Shown here: positions 47,951-61,020 of the stretch, in pieces
Numbering within the stretch: the first letter of the stretch is position 1
How the letters are laid out: every line of letters begins with the position of its first letter
Assembly (NCBI GenBank): GCA_049999805.1
Contig: JBNGIO010006161.1
Span: 62,001 to 126,000, forward strand
Source: Folioceros fuciformis
Lineage: Eukaryota
Reading direction: 5' to 3'
DNA: 64,000 nt
Notes under the pieces: model-generated
The model's input: only the letters and a program-made list of their open reading frames with translations
Database searches by the model: none
Told to the model about the DNA's origin: nothing
Position numbers and translations under genes: made by a program

Positions 47951-50900
47951 ATGCTGCCCTTTCATGAAACCATTGTTGCTGACCTGGTGGAGAACGATGG
48001 GGTTGTGGTGCTTGCAGTGGGCCTGGGGCTGCCCAAAATTCTGTCAGCGCTTGTCCGCCTTCACTCAGCTGCAGATGGCATCCTGCTCCTGCTCTCCATC
48101 TCCGACTCTCAGAAACAATTTATGCGAGAGGAACTGCAAGAAAGTGATCCTGCTTCCGCTCTTCCCCTGGAAATCAACAATGAGTACACAGCAGCAGATA
48201 GATGTAACTGCTATTCCGATGGAGGAGCATTTTTCATCACATCCAGGATTCTGATTGTGGACATGCTGAATGACCGAGTTCCTTTGCAGAGAGTTGCAGG
48301 AATCATTGTGGGAAATGCCCACCGGCTGACAGAGACATGTGCAGAAGCTTTCATAGTCAGGCTCTTCAGACATGCCAACAAGAAGGGGTACATCAGAGCC
48401 TTCTCAGACAGGCCGCAGTCCATGATATCAGGATTTTCAAAGACAGAGCGGGTGATGAAAAGCTTATTTGTGAAAAAACTGCACCTGTGGCCAAGGTTCC
48501 AGCTCTCTGTGAGCTCAGTGTTGGAAGCAAGCCCTCCGGAAGTGATTGATATTAGGATACCGCAGTCATCTACCATGGCTGGCATTCAGCATGCTATCTT
48601 GGAAGTTATGGATGCTTGCTTGAAGGAATTGAGAAAAAGCAATAAGGTGGACGTTGAGGATCTTACAGTTGAAAATGGACTGTTCAAGTCATTCGACGAG
48701 ATTATACGGTATCAGCTGGATCCCATATGGCACACCATTGGCAGGAAGACAAAACAACTTGTGGGAGACTTGAAGACTCTTAGGAAGCTGGCTGAGGCTC
48801 TCCTACGTTACGATGCTGTCACTTTCCTCAAGTACCTGGATACTCTGAGGGTGTCTGAAGGCGTGAGGTCAGTTTGGATGTTTGCGAATCCCACGCACAA
48901 GATCTTTGATTTAGCTAAACGGCGAGTGTATCAGCTGGTACGAACAGACAGTAACAATGTTGTTCCCACTGCAAAGTTGTCCAAGAAGCGAAAGGGCAAT
49001 AATGGTAGTGCCATCCGTGTACCAGGACGGGGAGTAGGACCAGCCACCACCTCGGAGAAAGTGAATGCTGCTGGAGCCCCAGGGGAGAATGCCCAACCAG
49101 CGGAGGCACCAGGAGTTGTACTTGAGCTTGCTGTGGAGGAGATGCCCAAGTGGAAGGTTCTACGGGTGGGTTTCTTTGTGTGCATTGTGTTGATACAGGT
49201 CTGTTTCTTATGAGTGCCCAGGTCAGGTTGCCAATTTGCATGTGTTGTCGATACAGGAAGTATTGGAAGAAATTCAGGAAGAGCGTCTGGGAGGAGGGGA
49301 GGACTCAGGAGTCGTTGTTGCTTGCAAGGATGAGCGCACTTGCCTGCAATTACAGGACTTGGTCCGTCTTGGTGGTGAACGGGTACGCAGATGTAACAGC
49401 CTTGTGCCATGTGTGTCTGTATGTTCTGGATGAGACCTTAACATACTTTGAATTCCTCTGTGCAGCTAATGAAGGAACAGTGGAATAAGTATTTGCTAGG
49501 AAAAGCAGAGCTACATGGAGTGCAAACGCGCAACAGGAAGCGACATCGGGGGAAAGGAGGGAGCAGCTACGGAGGAGGAGGCTCAGAGGTCACAGGAAGT
49601 GTACACCGAGAAGAACATGAGGCTTTGCTGGCTGCTGCTGCAGAGGTTGCAGCGGTAGATAATAATGCGCACGCTTTGGGAGACGACGAGTTTTGTGAAG
49701 CTGTGCGAGGGAGGGGCAAGCCTAAAGGCAGCGGTCGAGGTACAAACAGAGGTAGAAGCAGAGGTCGTGGGAGAGGCAATTCAAGTAGACGGGGAAGGGG
49801 AAAGACAGAGAAGGGGAAGGTGGAGGTGGAGGTGATCGAAATGGAGAAAGGGGACACTGACAATGACAATGACTTCATGGAAACTGTTTCAAGAAAGGAA
49901 GAGCTGGCAAACTCAAGGGACGTCCCTGCAGAGGAATGCACAGTAGAACAGCTACCGCCGCAAGCTGACGGTCAGATTCCACAAGACAAGCCCATCCCTC
50001 CTGCTCACTTCTATGCATTAGAGAGTGAGCAGCGAGTGCTGCAGATTATACGGCCACGGTATGTGGTAGTCTTTGATCCAGACATGGGATTTGTGCGAGA
50101 GTTGGAAGTGTACCAAGCGGAGAACCCTTCAAGTCCTTTGAAAGTGTACTTCTTGTTCTATGAAGATTCAACTGAAGTACGCAAGTTTGAGGCTGGCATA
50201 GCAAAGGAGAACAGTGCCTTTGAGTCTCTTATCAGGCAGAAGGGGACAATGATGATACCCGTGGATCAGGTACCTTGTCTGAGATCCTTTTACCTGTCAT
50301 CGCATCGTAAACTCGAGATAGTGTTTCCTGACCCCTCTGCTTCGTGACAGGACGGTCGGACACTGGATGTCACTCCACCAACGCAATCTGCAACAGGAGT
50401 GTTCCAAAATCCCGTTACGCGCAAGGCTGGAGGGCGAAAGTCCATTGACAGGCAAAAACAGGTTAATTAGCCAGAGTTTGGTATCAGCATGGCAAACCAT
50501 GCTTTGCTTTCTTGATGTCAGCTGGTCTGATAAGTTTCCTTTGCAGGTTGTGGTGGACATGCGAGAATTTGGAAGCAGCCTCCCTTGCGTGTTACACCAA
50601 CAAGGTATGAAAATACTGCCAGTGACACTGGAGGTTGGTGACTACATTTTGACGCCAGAGATCTGTATCGAGCGCAAAAGCATCTCAGACCTTTATTCAA
50701 GCTTTGCATCGGGGCGACTCTATAACCAAGCTGAAACAATGATTCGCTACTATCAGATCCCTGTGCTTCTCATAGAATTTTCACAAGACAAGAGCTTTTC
50801 GCTGCAGGTATCCTCATCATCATCTCTTCCCTTGGCTCAGAAGCAGCTCCGCATCCCTTGCTGCTTAGTCTTTGATCATATGTGTTGTGTCTTTGCTAAG

Positions 50901-51414
50901 CAGTCCGCGAATGAGGTCGGCGAGGAAGTAACACCAGCTAACGTTATCTCCAAGATATCCCTATTGGTGCTTCATTTTCCTCGATTGCGGATTATCTGGT
51001 CCAGGAGTTTACATGCGACAGCAGACATCTTCACCTCTTTAAAGCACAACCAAGATGAACCGGATCTGGAGAAAGCAATGCGGGTGGGAGTGCCCACCGA
51101 AGATGGCCTTGTAGAAGGGGATCAAAGGTAGATCACGGACCCCAAGGCCTACTGTGCCTCTTAAGTCAGGCCTTTTCTTTGACGCTTCTGCTGTTTCGTG
51201 CTTCAGAGCAGAGAACTACAACACGACAGCGATTGAGCTTCTTCGGAGATTGCCAGGTGTGACTGATGCAAATTACAGAGCATTGATGGATGGCTGTAAA
51301 AGTCTCGCGGAGCTCGTCCTCCTTCCAGTGGAGAAACTGGCAGAACTGATGGGCGGCCAACGTCAGGCTCAGATTCTGTACGAATTTTTGCATGCTAAAT
51401 GCCCAACTTTGTAG
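47951..51414 (+). CDS. UVH1: DNA repair endonuclease XPF/ERCC4 (UVH1/RAD1), multi-exon
   Basis: ITSRILIVDML, LHLWPRF, QLDPIWH, EEMPKWKVL, VVVDMREF, GDYIL...IERKSISDL (ERKxxxD nuclease motif) and an HhH tail. Confidence 0.96.
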
Positions 51415-51630
51415 CACGACCAACGTTGTTCCCATCTATTCTTTTATTAGATCTACATGCCCATTCGAACCCAGAGAGGCGTTCAGCCTGGACAATTGAT
51501 TTGTTGCTGACACCAAACTGTCACATTTCATTTTTAAATAATCCGAGCTCTTGGAGACCTGTCTAAGATTGTCAACATGTCATAAGAAACTAAGTCGTGT
51601 ATGGGAGATTCAACATCCGTGGAGAATTCA

Positions 51631-53576
51631 TCATGTGGCTTCTGCTTCTTCGTGAGTCCTTGTACGAGAAATCTGCAACAGGCACGACGTGCATCAGGCT
51701 TAAGCGCAGGAGAGGGCTCAGCTTATGATGTGTTCCACTTTGCCACATGACTTCTCACACACCAACAGCAGGTCTTCATCCGTCCCGAATGATGTTCGTG
51801 CTTCGTGCATGGCGGTAAGCGATATCCTGGAACTTCTACTGCATACATGCAGCACAGCACAAGTCAACCTCGCACCAAACATCTGCACGAATTTATCACT
51901 CATCACTCACGCAAGGTTAAGCTACCTGAAACTAGCCGGATCCCTGATTTCAAACTCCTGTGCATCCGCGTCATATCCACAAATCACAACATAATGGCCT
52001 GCAAGGAAGATTGACTGGGACAGTTGTTGAATCACTCCCTGGTCCAATTGGGAATTCACACAAGACCTTCACACAATCTGCAGGTGCTTTATCCAGATGA
52101 TATTTCCCAGACCGTGTGAAGGCGAGATGCAATTTTCACACCAAGACCCACTCACCGACGTAGCTAGCCATAAGACCGCAGCAATCTCCTATGCCAAGCT
52201 CCTGTAACCAGGGGTGACTACAAAAAAAACCACACGCAAAAGCTAAGTTGCTGGATGTGTGCCCATCATGTGGGAGGGGTAGCGTATCAAGGAAGCCTTT
52301 TTTTTACTTGTATACAAGTCCTGAATCATGCGCTGTACATTAACCTACTTAAGAAAAGCCTTCATAGCAAGGAGATGCAAAACAATCACCCCCAAGGAGC
52401 AACCGAACAAGTAGACAAGATGAAACCGTTCTGTGAAGCAAGTTACCGTAGCTTTCGTCTGTCAACCAAAGCTATTGCAATATATCGACCAGATAGAATA
52501 AGCAAGGACAGCTCCTCATCAGGCAGCGTTCTCCACTGGAAAAAGATAACACAGACATACTTCATTTTAGCCGGAAGAAAAATCAGTCACCTCCGAAACA
52601 AAATACAAGCCAAGCTGGCCACACCTGAATGCGAATACCGACTTGTGCTGCCCTCTCAAACAACTTGTTGACACGTTCAATATCCTCGTCAAGGTTTTCC
52701 TTCAATCAAATGATGTCCATTCAATCCTGTGAACGGGGCAACTATACAACACCACTGCAACCACACTCTTCTCAAAATTGGTAGCACAATCTACCATGAC
52801 ACACACGAGCACTCCATAACCAGAATACCAAAAAACGAACCTCCACACCTCTCAACGGAACATCTGCCCCAAACAACAAAAGCCAGACACACAAAACGCT
52901 TCAACAAGGAAGTATCGCCAGGAGTAGCACAGCAGAACCCAACCTTATAAAAGCTCTCCTTGGAATAGCTGGGATTTGCTCCGATGGTAACGGTAAGAAA
53001 GGCCACATCGACGGCAAACAGCCGTAGCAAATGTGCCAAATCAACTGTCCAGATGCTGCACAGACGGACAACAGAAACCCTCTCCAAGATCAGATTTCAG
53101 GTGGGGCTGCTCCTGGCACGACAGCAGTCCAGTTCATCCACCTCGTAGTGCGACAAAGCCGTCCCAGGAACTTGAGATCACATCCACCAATTCCCAAGGC
53201 GTTCAAAACCATGAGCACACATGCTAGCCCACAGTCCCAGGAGCAATCCTGCCTGACGTGAGGAACCTGCAGCACACCCGCAACACAGTGAGAATTGCGA
53301 CAAGCCCTAAAACTTGAGACATCGACTTGATTCGCGTTTCACCTCCTCGCGAGACCCACCCACCTCTACAAAGTACGATCGAGGAAAGGGCGCAGTGACA
53401 TCAATGAGAGGCTCCTGGCAGCTGTTCCATTTGTACATATCCTGTAAAGAAGCGACAACCCAAGCGTTGCTCGTCACGAGCGGGCTGCTGGAGCTGAACT
53501 CATCGTGGAGGCCGGCGACGGCGGCCCTTAGAACATCTGCCGGCCCGCCCACTGTAGCTTCCATGTGCAGCACCAT
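51631..53576 (-). CDS. GUCD1: GUCD1/AtGC1-like protein (peptidase C39-like fold), multi-exon
   Basis: VPHVRQDCSWDCGLAC, SIWTVDLAHLL, GHYVVICGYD, IRDPAS, ARTSFGTDEDLLL. The start codon is uncertain. Confidence 0.85.
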
Positions 53577-54102
53577 ACGCGAAGGAACTCCGGGCTGACA
53601 TACATATATCCGCAGCTTGGTGTTGGAACGAGAAGGATGTCCAGTTTCCGGATTCCGGCCATTGTGGAGTTTTCGTGACCATTTCAGGTTCCACCAAGGA
53701 GGAGGACTTCCGTGGTGGCCGTGCTCTGTTTTTCATATCCACGTCACACGAGAAAGGGTGATTCGTTACCTCGGCACTAGCGAGAATTAGGGCGGGGGAA
53801 GACGAAGAGGTTTTCACGACTGACCAAGAAATGTCAGGTGGCAAAGGGAAGAGGATTACAATCCAGCTGCAAGTGGCGGGAGCAATAGGCGACAAACGTT
53901 ATACATTTCTCAGCACAAACTGAGTGCGATGGCAAACTGAGCAAGATACAAGTACACGAAAGACCACGGACTATGTTAGACACAGGTACCAAGCCACCTA
54001 ACTTCCGCCGATCACCAAAACAACTTTGGTCGAAGTAGCTTAACAATTTGTCTCGTATGTACAGCTTCTGCACGAAGGGAACACCTTACACGACCGTATG
54101 AT

Positions 54103-57100
54103 TCATGACCACACCCCACGGTATTCCTTGAATGTATGTGGAATAGGAGACCAAATTGCAACCTCGCCTTCGGTCACCGTTCGTAGCCGGGGCTTCCATA
54201 ACCTGCACCTATTCCTGCGGAAGGCCGGCAGCTTTGGTAGTTGATACGCAGTATTTTGCTTGCTATCACCTGCAAGTTTTTTCCTGTTGTGCCTACCGCC
54301 GGCGCCCGCATTTTCATCTTCGTTCAGTATGGGGGTCTCGCCGCCATCCGTGGACGTCGGGGTCGGTACAACAGCATCGCTCACCACTGTCGCGGATGAT
54401 TCAATTGTCTTGACGACAGACACCTCTGTTGAAACGCGAACAACCTCTGGTTCCCGAGCTGGAGAGCGCATTTTCAAATGATCTCGAAGCTTCAGACGAG
54501 GGGGCCTGCCTGGTGACCTCTGTGTCGGCCTCTCCAACTCAACCACAGGAGTGTTGCTGGCCTCACAATCAATTTTTCTTGCTGGCAACGACTTTCCCCA
54601 GGACCCTTCAAGACTAATGACGGGGGCTTGACCCATGTTGTAGCCCCACTGAGCTCGGGCTATGCCATTGCTCATGCATGTGGCCAACTCCGGTTTCAGT
54701 CTTCTCCGCTCCAGACAAGCTTGCTCCTCCGGGAGCAGAAAGGGATCCAAACGTATCTCAAACAAATCTGGTGAGCATTCCACAGGCACTCTTGAGATAC
54801 AGTTCTCCAAACTCATCTTAACTTCCTGTTTCCGCTTCTCAGGGGACCACACATCCAACGGTTCGAACAAATACTGCTGGTTATCCTCAAGGATCAGGTC
54901 CTGTAGAGATTTGCTCTCACGGACAGGCTCAACAACAAGGTCCTGCAGTGTTTTGAAATCACGAACAGGCTCGAAGATGTAGTCCTGCAGTCTTTTACCA
55001 TCACGGGTAGGCCATGCTGAGAAACCACGGTGAGCTTTCCAAGTTGGCAAAGAAAGCTCAAAACTACAGTCTCGTTGAACGTCCTGTTCATGCACACCAT
55101 CTCCGTGCGTACGGTCCCTGCCTAGCCCATGGGTCTGTTGATTCACTGCTGGGGACATGAAATAACCAGGAAACCGCTCCTCTGGCAATGGTGCCACGCT
55201 ACTCTCTAACCTGGAAGATGCATCGTCCATAACAGAATCCAGTAAGCTATCGCTTGACGGTCGGGTCAACGAAGTCACCTTCACAGAATCCACCCTTGTA
55301 GTAATCGCCTGCGGACTTAGCGGTGGAACACCAAACTTGCCTGACATCAAGATCTGTGAATTTTGCGAGAGCGTCTCAAACAACTCGATCTTTGATCTTA
55401 CAAAAGATGAGTAATGAAAGAGATCCTCGTCAAACCCATAATTCCCAAGCGGGCTTGAGCCTTGGCCAGTTACGCCTGCCGTGTTGGTGGGCCCATGCAA
55501 TGCATCACCCTGTACCAGATAGTTTTGCTCACTGCTTTCCCATCCGTTCTCTTCTTGCAGCCATTGCTCCATCTCCTCATCTCCAGACACACGTAAGCCA
55601 TCCTTCACCTCGTTGATAGATACTGTTACCCCCTTCGTCACCTACAACAAACAAGGCCACGGCATTAGCTCACCACGGCGACTGGACGGACCATAGTTCT
55701 TCTACTCCTCGCTACAGCTTCCCATCGGCCAATTCGAGAGTTGAGAAGCTTCCTCAGACACAACTAGGCATATCGTCATAACAAGCTCAGCAGAAGCATG
55801 GTGAAGATTCTCGTCGGACGTTGGGCCAATGTCATGGACAAGGAAACAGCCGCCAGAGGTGGCGAAGGAGGGAGAGGGGAGACGGACAATGAGCGACTCT
55901 AGCCAATTCGTACTAGTCTGCTCAGAAATTGGAACAGTTTATCTTCACCAGTCTCCGAAGAACTCCGATCCGCTATAACGAAAGAATATTTGGAGTCATC
56001 ACTGCAGACGGACACTAGTTGCCGTTGATCAGGCTCTCGAAAGACAACAAGAACTCAGTGCGAATCCGCTGACTTCCACAGGACTTCTCCTTAACTTTAG
56101 CTAGATAGACCAGCGGTGCGTAGATTGAAAATAGGAACAACATCCGCCAAACCTGTTCGTTAGCACGTGCATTCTTGAAAGCCTGCGCATAGCAACATTC
56201 CAGTCTCGCAGATTGCGGATTCCCGTCTCTCCCACGCACGGATACTTGGCCGACACAGCCCACTCCCGACATCTGCAAAGGATCTCCCCCTTCACACGTC
56301 TGGCCTTGGCAATCACCGACCGGATACACCTTGCTCATAAAAGAGCCTTTAGAACCAGCCACTCCCGGCGACGGAAGCTCTGCACACTGACATACCATGC
56401 CACGCTCGTCGTCAACGGACTGTTCATCCCTCGACACCTCAACTCCTGTCTCCACCTCCATATCAAGCTGACACCTTCGAACACATATCCCTGTAGTCTT
56501 ACCTCCACAAGAAGCACGCTGCTACTCTGATCCGCAGGTGCGCTGCTTTCCCTCCCTCCCTTCCCCGGGAACTCTTTCTTCCTACCATCCGGACGGCCAC
56601 AGCCAGCGAGCTTCCCTCCAACTTTCGGCGACGGTCTCCTCCTCGCAACAACGGCCTCATCCACCCGCCCCCGCTGCTTCCCCTGCAACCGGCTGCTGCG
56701 GCTCGGAGTCCTCCCTCCCGCGCCCCGTCGAGGTGAGTATCGGAGCCTCGGACTCCCCCGAACCTTGGGACTCCCAACACAAGAAGCTCTCGCCTTGTGC
56801 CATTTCGGAACAGCGGCCTCCCGCTTCCCGTCCCTCTCCTTCCCAGCCGCTCCCGCGCCAGATCTCGCACCTTTCCCAGCCCCAGCCACAGCCACAGCCA
56901 AGGCACCGGGCCTGCACTCCCGCATAGCCTTGGGGCACACCGATTCCGATACCGACTCATCCGCAGCGCTGCTCTTCACCCTACTCCTCTTCGTCAGCAT
57001 CGGGGGAACCCCCATCCCGTACTTCCGCCGCAAGCTCGCCACCGTCCGATAAGGCAACAGCAGCACCTTCCGCCCCGGCATCAACAGCACCTCAGGAGCA

Positions 57101-57279
57101 AGGACGGCGGGCTTGCTGGACTGAAAGATATCCGGCAAAGCCACAAAATGGCGAGGATTCCGCCTCATCACCTCATCCACCGTCACGGTGTGGTAGTACC
57201 GCTCTACACGCCCTCCTCGATGCACGACTTTCACCGCCGGCGGCAAGGTGGCCGCGGACCTGGATCCACTCTGTCCCAT
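54103..57279 (-). CDS. PADRE/DUF4228 protein with a long disordered insert; apparent frame break near 56500; intron about 55642-56151
   Basis: MGQSGS, VKVVHRGGRVERYYHTVTVDEVMRRNPRHFV...LMPGRKVLLLP at the N-terminus and WKPRLRTVTE near the C-terminus. The NEQ|VTK junction is a phase-0 splice. Confidence 0.6.
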
Positions 57280-58265
57280 TCCTCTTGCTCGTCCCTGCCT
57301 CCTCCTCCTCCTCAGGCAACCATGCCCGGGCTTCCGCTTCTCCTTTTGCTACTGCTCCTCGCAGCCAGCGGTGGCATCTGCCTGGTGCGGACCCGGCCTG
57401 GGAGTGAGGATCCAAGGAGAAGAGGAGGCAGGAAGGCGTCCGCCTCCTCCCGCTCCTCCTCGCACGCATCACCGCTTCCCGCTGGCAGCTCCGGCCGCGC
57501 TAGGGACGGTGGCCACCGCGGGCCATGGCCATATTCCATGTGCGTGGCAGGGCTTGTCGGGATGTCCCGCCCTCACAGCCAGCGCCTCGCATCTCCCGAT
57601 GCCTTTGAACTCTTCTCCCCGTGGCCCCGACACAGCCATCTCCCCCTTGTTTGGCCGTTTCCACGCATCGGCCTTGGGCCACGAGCTCGGCCACTGGTGG
57701 GCCTGCCAACCAGAAGTCTCCAGCCTCTGATAATCCCCGATATCCTTTGTACAGGCCTGTAGATATTTTTATGGTTCCATATCCTGCCCACCTCATCACC
57801 AGAAGCACGCAAGCGCAAGCCTCCCACAACCAAATTGTCATGAACGACTAGACTTTAATAAGGGTTTTAAACCTTTTGCTCAAAAGGATTTTGTCGGAAC
57901 CTCGCACCCTGGGTGGTGAGGGTATGGGTCCGACTCCTCCCCCCTCCATACACTCCTGACTATGAGTAATAGATGTACAAATTTTTATTTTCTAAGCAAA
58001 GGCCCACAGATATGGGTGTGGGCAGGTTTGGGAGGGAGGGAGACCTGGGTGCTTTGCTGTTCGGTCTGCAGACTGCTGACATTCCACAGGGGTGGGACTC
58101 TTGGGTAGTGAAGAACGGGTGCCTTAATGAACCAGTTAACGTTGGCTGTGTTGGCACGTTATGTTACCAAACTGGATGGCAACAGGATGACAGTTGCAAT
58201 AAGCTTTACACATAAGTATGCACAGGTCTTCAACAATACAACACCTGCCTCTCCCAAGTGCATCC

Positions 58266-61020
58266 TTATTGCCCTTGAATACGACAGAGAGAGCAGCCGA
58301 GGCATGACTCTTCGCCATTTGGGGCATGCTCGATCAGCAAAGGGCAGTGCTTAGGGCCTTTACATTTAATAATTCCCTGCTTCAGATCGATACCTCTCTC
58401 TCTCGTACGGTGACAAGCGTTACAAAAGTGAGTGGTTCCATAGCAAAAAAAAGTAGCCACGGAACAGCAATACCTGCACTTGTACTCCATATAATCAGTG
58501 CCATGGTTTGCTACCTTACATTTCCCCTTGCCAACAAGGGCAGCAGAACAGCCGCCACACATAAGCTCGCTTGGATTATAACCGCTTCCCCTGCACAGTC
58601 AGACACCATCAGCACAAACTTGCCAGCAAGTTCAGAATATCTTGAACCCATCCAAAGAAACTCATGTGCTTTGCTCAGCACATACCGTTCGTTTCTCGCT
58701 CTGCAGTCGCGCATACCACCAAAATACGGTTCCTTACACTTGTAGCAGACGTAATACTGGTAATTCTTCATGGCATCAGTGACCGACTTCTCGGCTCCTT
58801 CTGCGCTCGCCTTGCCTGCCCTCGATTGCTCTGCCTTCAACTTTAAAAGCTTTGATGAAGCTTTGCTCTTGCGCCGCCCTTCTTCCGTTCGCTCAAGCCT
58901 GAGCCTCTCTCCTAACTTTTGACTGACCTGCACAGCCATATGTCTGAAGCTCAGGATCTCTTTGCATCATGTGACCAGGTATTTGCTTCACCGAGAACGT
59001 GAACAGGAACATCCGGGATAACAAGCCCCACCTGCAATCTTAGTTGCTCATGCTTCCACGAGTGAGGCTGCAAACTTGGATGTTCCATGGCTTGTGAACA
59101 TTGTGGACACTCAAGGAAACCGAAGCTGATTTCGGGGCCTGGAAACCCCTCATCAATCTTCCTCTTTGCACATTGTGAGTGCACCACATGTCCACAGGTC
59201 AGGAGTATGGCAGGTGCTCGCCTAATAGGATCCACCATACATACAGCACACAAGTCGTCCCCAGATGTCAAGACCTTCTGACCAGCACATGGATTTGAGT
59301 GACAGCCATCCTGTTGAAGGTCGGAAAAATACGTCCCATCAGGTGTCGGACATGCAAAAGAGTGTACAAAAGAGTCGTGGATCCGCATACTCACCTCTAG
59401 ACAGGGAAGGCAGGTACGTTCTGCTCGAACTCCTCCACAGCGATGCCCACATTCCAATATCCGAGAGCATGAAAGCTTCAGCATCTTCCGACAGTCTTTT
59501 CCAGAGCAAACAGCAGAAGCAATATTCTGCACCTTCACTAGTTCTGTCTTCTCCACGCACCAGGCAATATCCACGTCACTCCTTTCCAGCTCGTCCCTAA
59601 GGTGTTTAACAGACATGGACTCCAGCTTACGGATTCTCAGACTCTCAGAACTAGAAGAACGAACAATTCCCTCACAAAAGATGCACTTCACAGCTGACAT
59701 CTCCTCCTCATACTGCTCACAGGTCTTCCCCTCGTGGTAGGGCTTTCTTAAACATTTGCCACAAAAATCAACTGTGCACATAGGGCAACGAAACCGATTT
59801 ACAGCCTTGTGACGCAAGGCAACTTTAGAAAGGTGAATCCCACCGTTGTCTGGAGCCTGAGTTTGAGGCAACTCGCCAGCAACCTTCTCTATAAAGATTC
59901 CACATCCTGGGCAGTGTACAAAAGAGGTACTCCGGTCCAGAAATTCTCTACTGGCCTTGTCCTCCCATTTCCCGAAAGCCTCAGGAGCTACACTCTGTGC
60001 GTCTAAGAGGTTCAAACTACCACCACAGCCAGGAGTGGGGCATGTTATCCATTCGAAGGCAGCAGAGCTGGAAGATGCTTCTGCATGTTGTCCATTGGCA
60101 CCAGAAGCTGTAGCTCCAGATCGTGAAGATTGGTTGGAATCACTTCCGCAAGCGCTTTCCAGAGTGGCAACAATATGTTGCCGTAAACAAGGAACACAGC
60201 AGAGACACGTACAACTCAGCGTGGCGCCAATCAAAGCGATCGATAAACTCTGGCGACAATGATCACATGTAAATTCTGCATCCGCCATCTCTTCATCCGA
60301 TAGATAGACGACTTCCGGAAGCTTGTCACCATCCTGCAAAGTGATGACTTCCGGAAGCTTTTCATCATCCTGCAAAGTGATGACTTCCGGAAGCTTGTCA
60401 TCATCCTGCAAAGCGATGCCTTCCGGAAGGTTTTCACGACGTTGAGATGATTCTGGAAGCCCTCCATCATGCAGAGATGATTCCGGAAGCTCTCCATCAC
60501 GTGAAGGTCTTCCCCCCACCTCGTCCTTCGCATTCGCAAGCTCTTCATTACGTAAGAGTATGACCCCCGCTTCCGCCTGACCGTAATGACGCTTACGATT
60601 CACGCCCACTGCGCCTGCGGAATCTGAAGGTGGTGAATCGACTCGGTCCGGATGCAAACGTACATCCTTCCAGCCCGAAGACGGCATGCGCAAGGTGGAG
60701 AGAGAGCTCTGTGTGGCGCATTCCCTATCAGGCCGACTGCAGAGAGACCCCATCTCACACCCGGTATAAGAATCCACTTCACCTACCCCTTCTGCATTTG
60801 AAGACAGTCTACCTGTGTCAGAGGAACAGGAGCCAAAGCTCGTACCCCCGGCCCTGGGAGGGGCATCAGCTAAAAAGAACCCGGTGGCAGTGTCTCCATC
60901 CTCATCCTCGTACTCATCCCTCACAAACGTCAGCTGCGAACGTACGCTCTTCTTGTAGACCTCACTCGGATGCTGCAATTGTTGAACTACAGCTTCACCT
61001 TGAAGGTAAAGCCAGTCCAT
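58266..61020 (-). CDS. RING-IBR plus MYCBP2-type RING-Cys-Relay (RCR) E3 ubiquitin ligase, at least 4 exons
   Basis: CGHRCGGV...CLPCL, RING CAVC..APAILLTCGHVVHSQC..GPEISFGFLECPQC, YYVCYKCKEPYFGGMRDC, YNPSELMCGGC, HGTDYMEYKCRYCCSVATFFCYGTTHFCNACH, CPL..HAPNGEE.CLGCSLCR, all collinear with the MYCBP2/Highwire/RPM-1 C-terminus. Extra 5' exons are possible. Confidence 0.88.
60290..60500 (-). repeat. Coding tandem repeats (30-36 bp units) encoding LPEVITLQDDEK-type motifs
   Basis: LPESSLHDGG, LPESSQRREN, LPEGIALQDDDK, LPEVITLQDDEK, LPEVITLQDGDK, LPEVVYLSDEE. Confidence 0.85.

Noticed and set aside
50808-50901. GTATCCTC donor in XPF as a U12-type intron
   Set aside because: The donor deviates from GTATCCTT and no TCCTTAAC-like branch point is visible.
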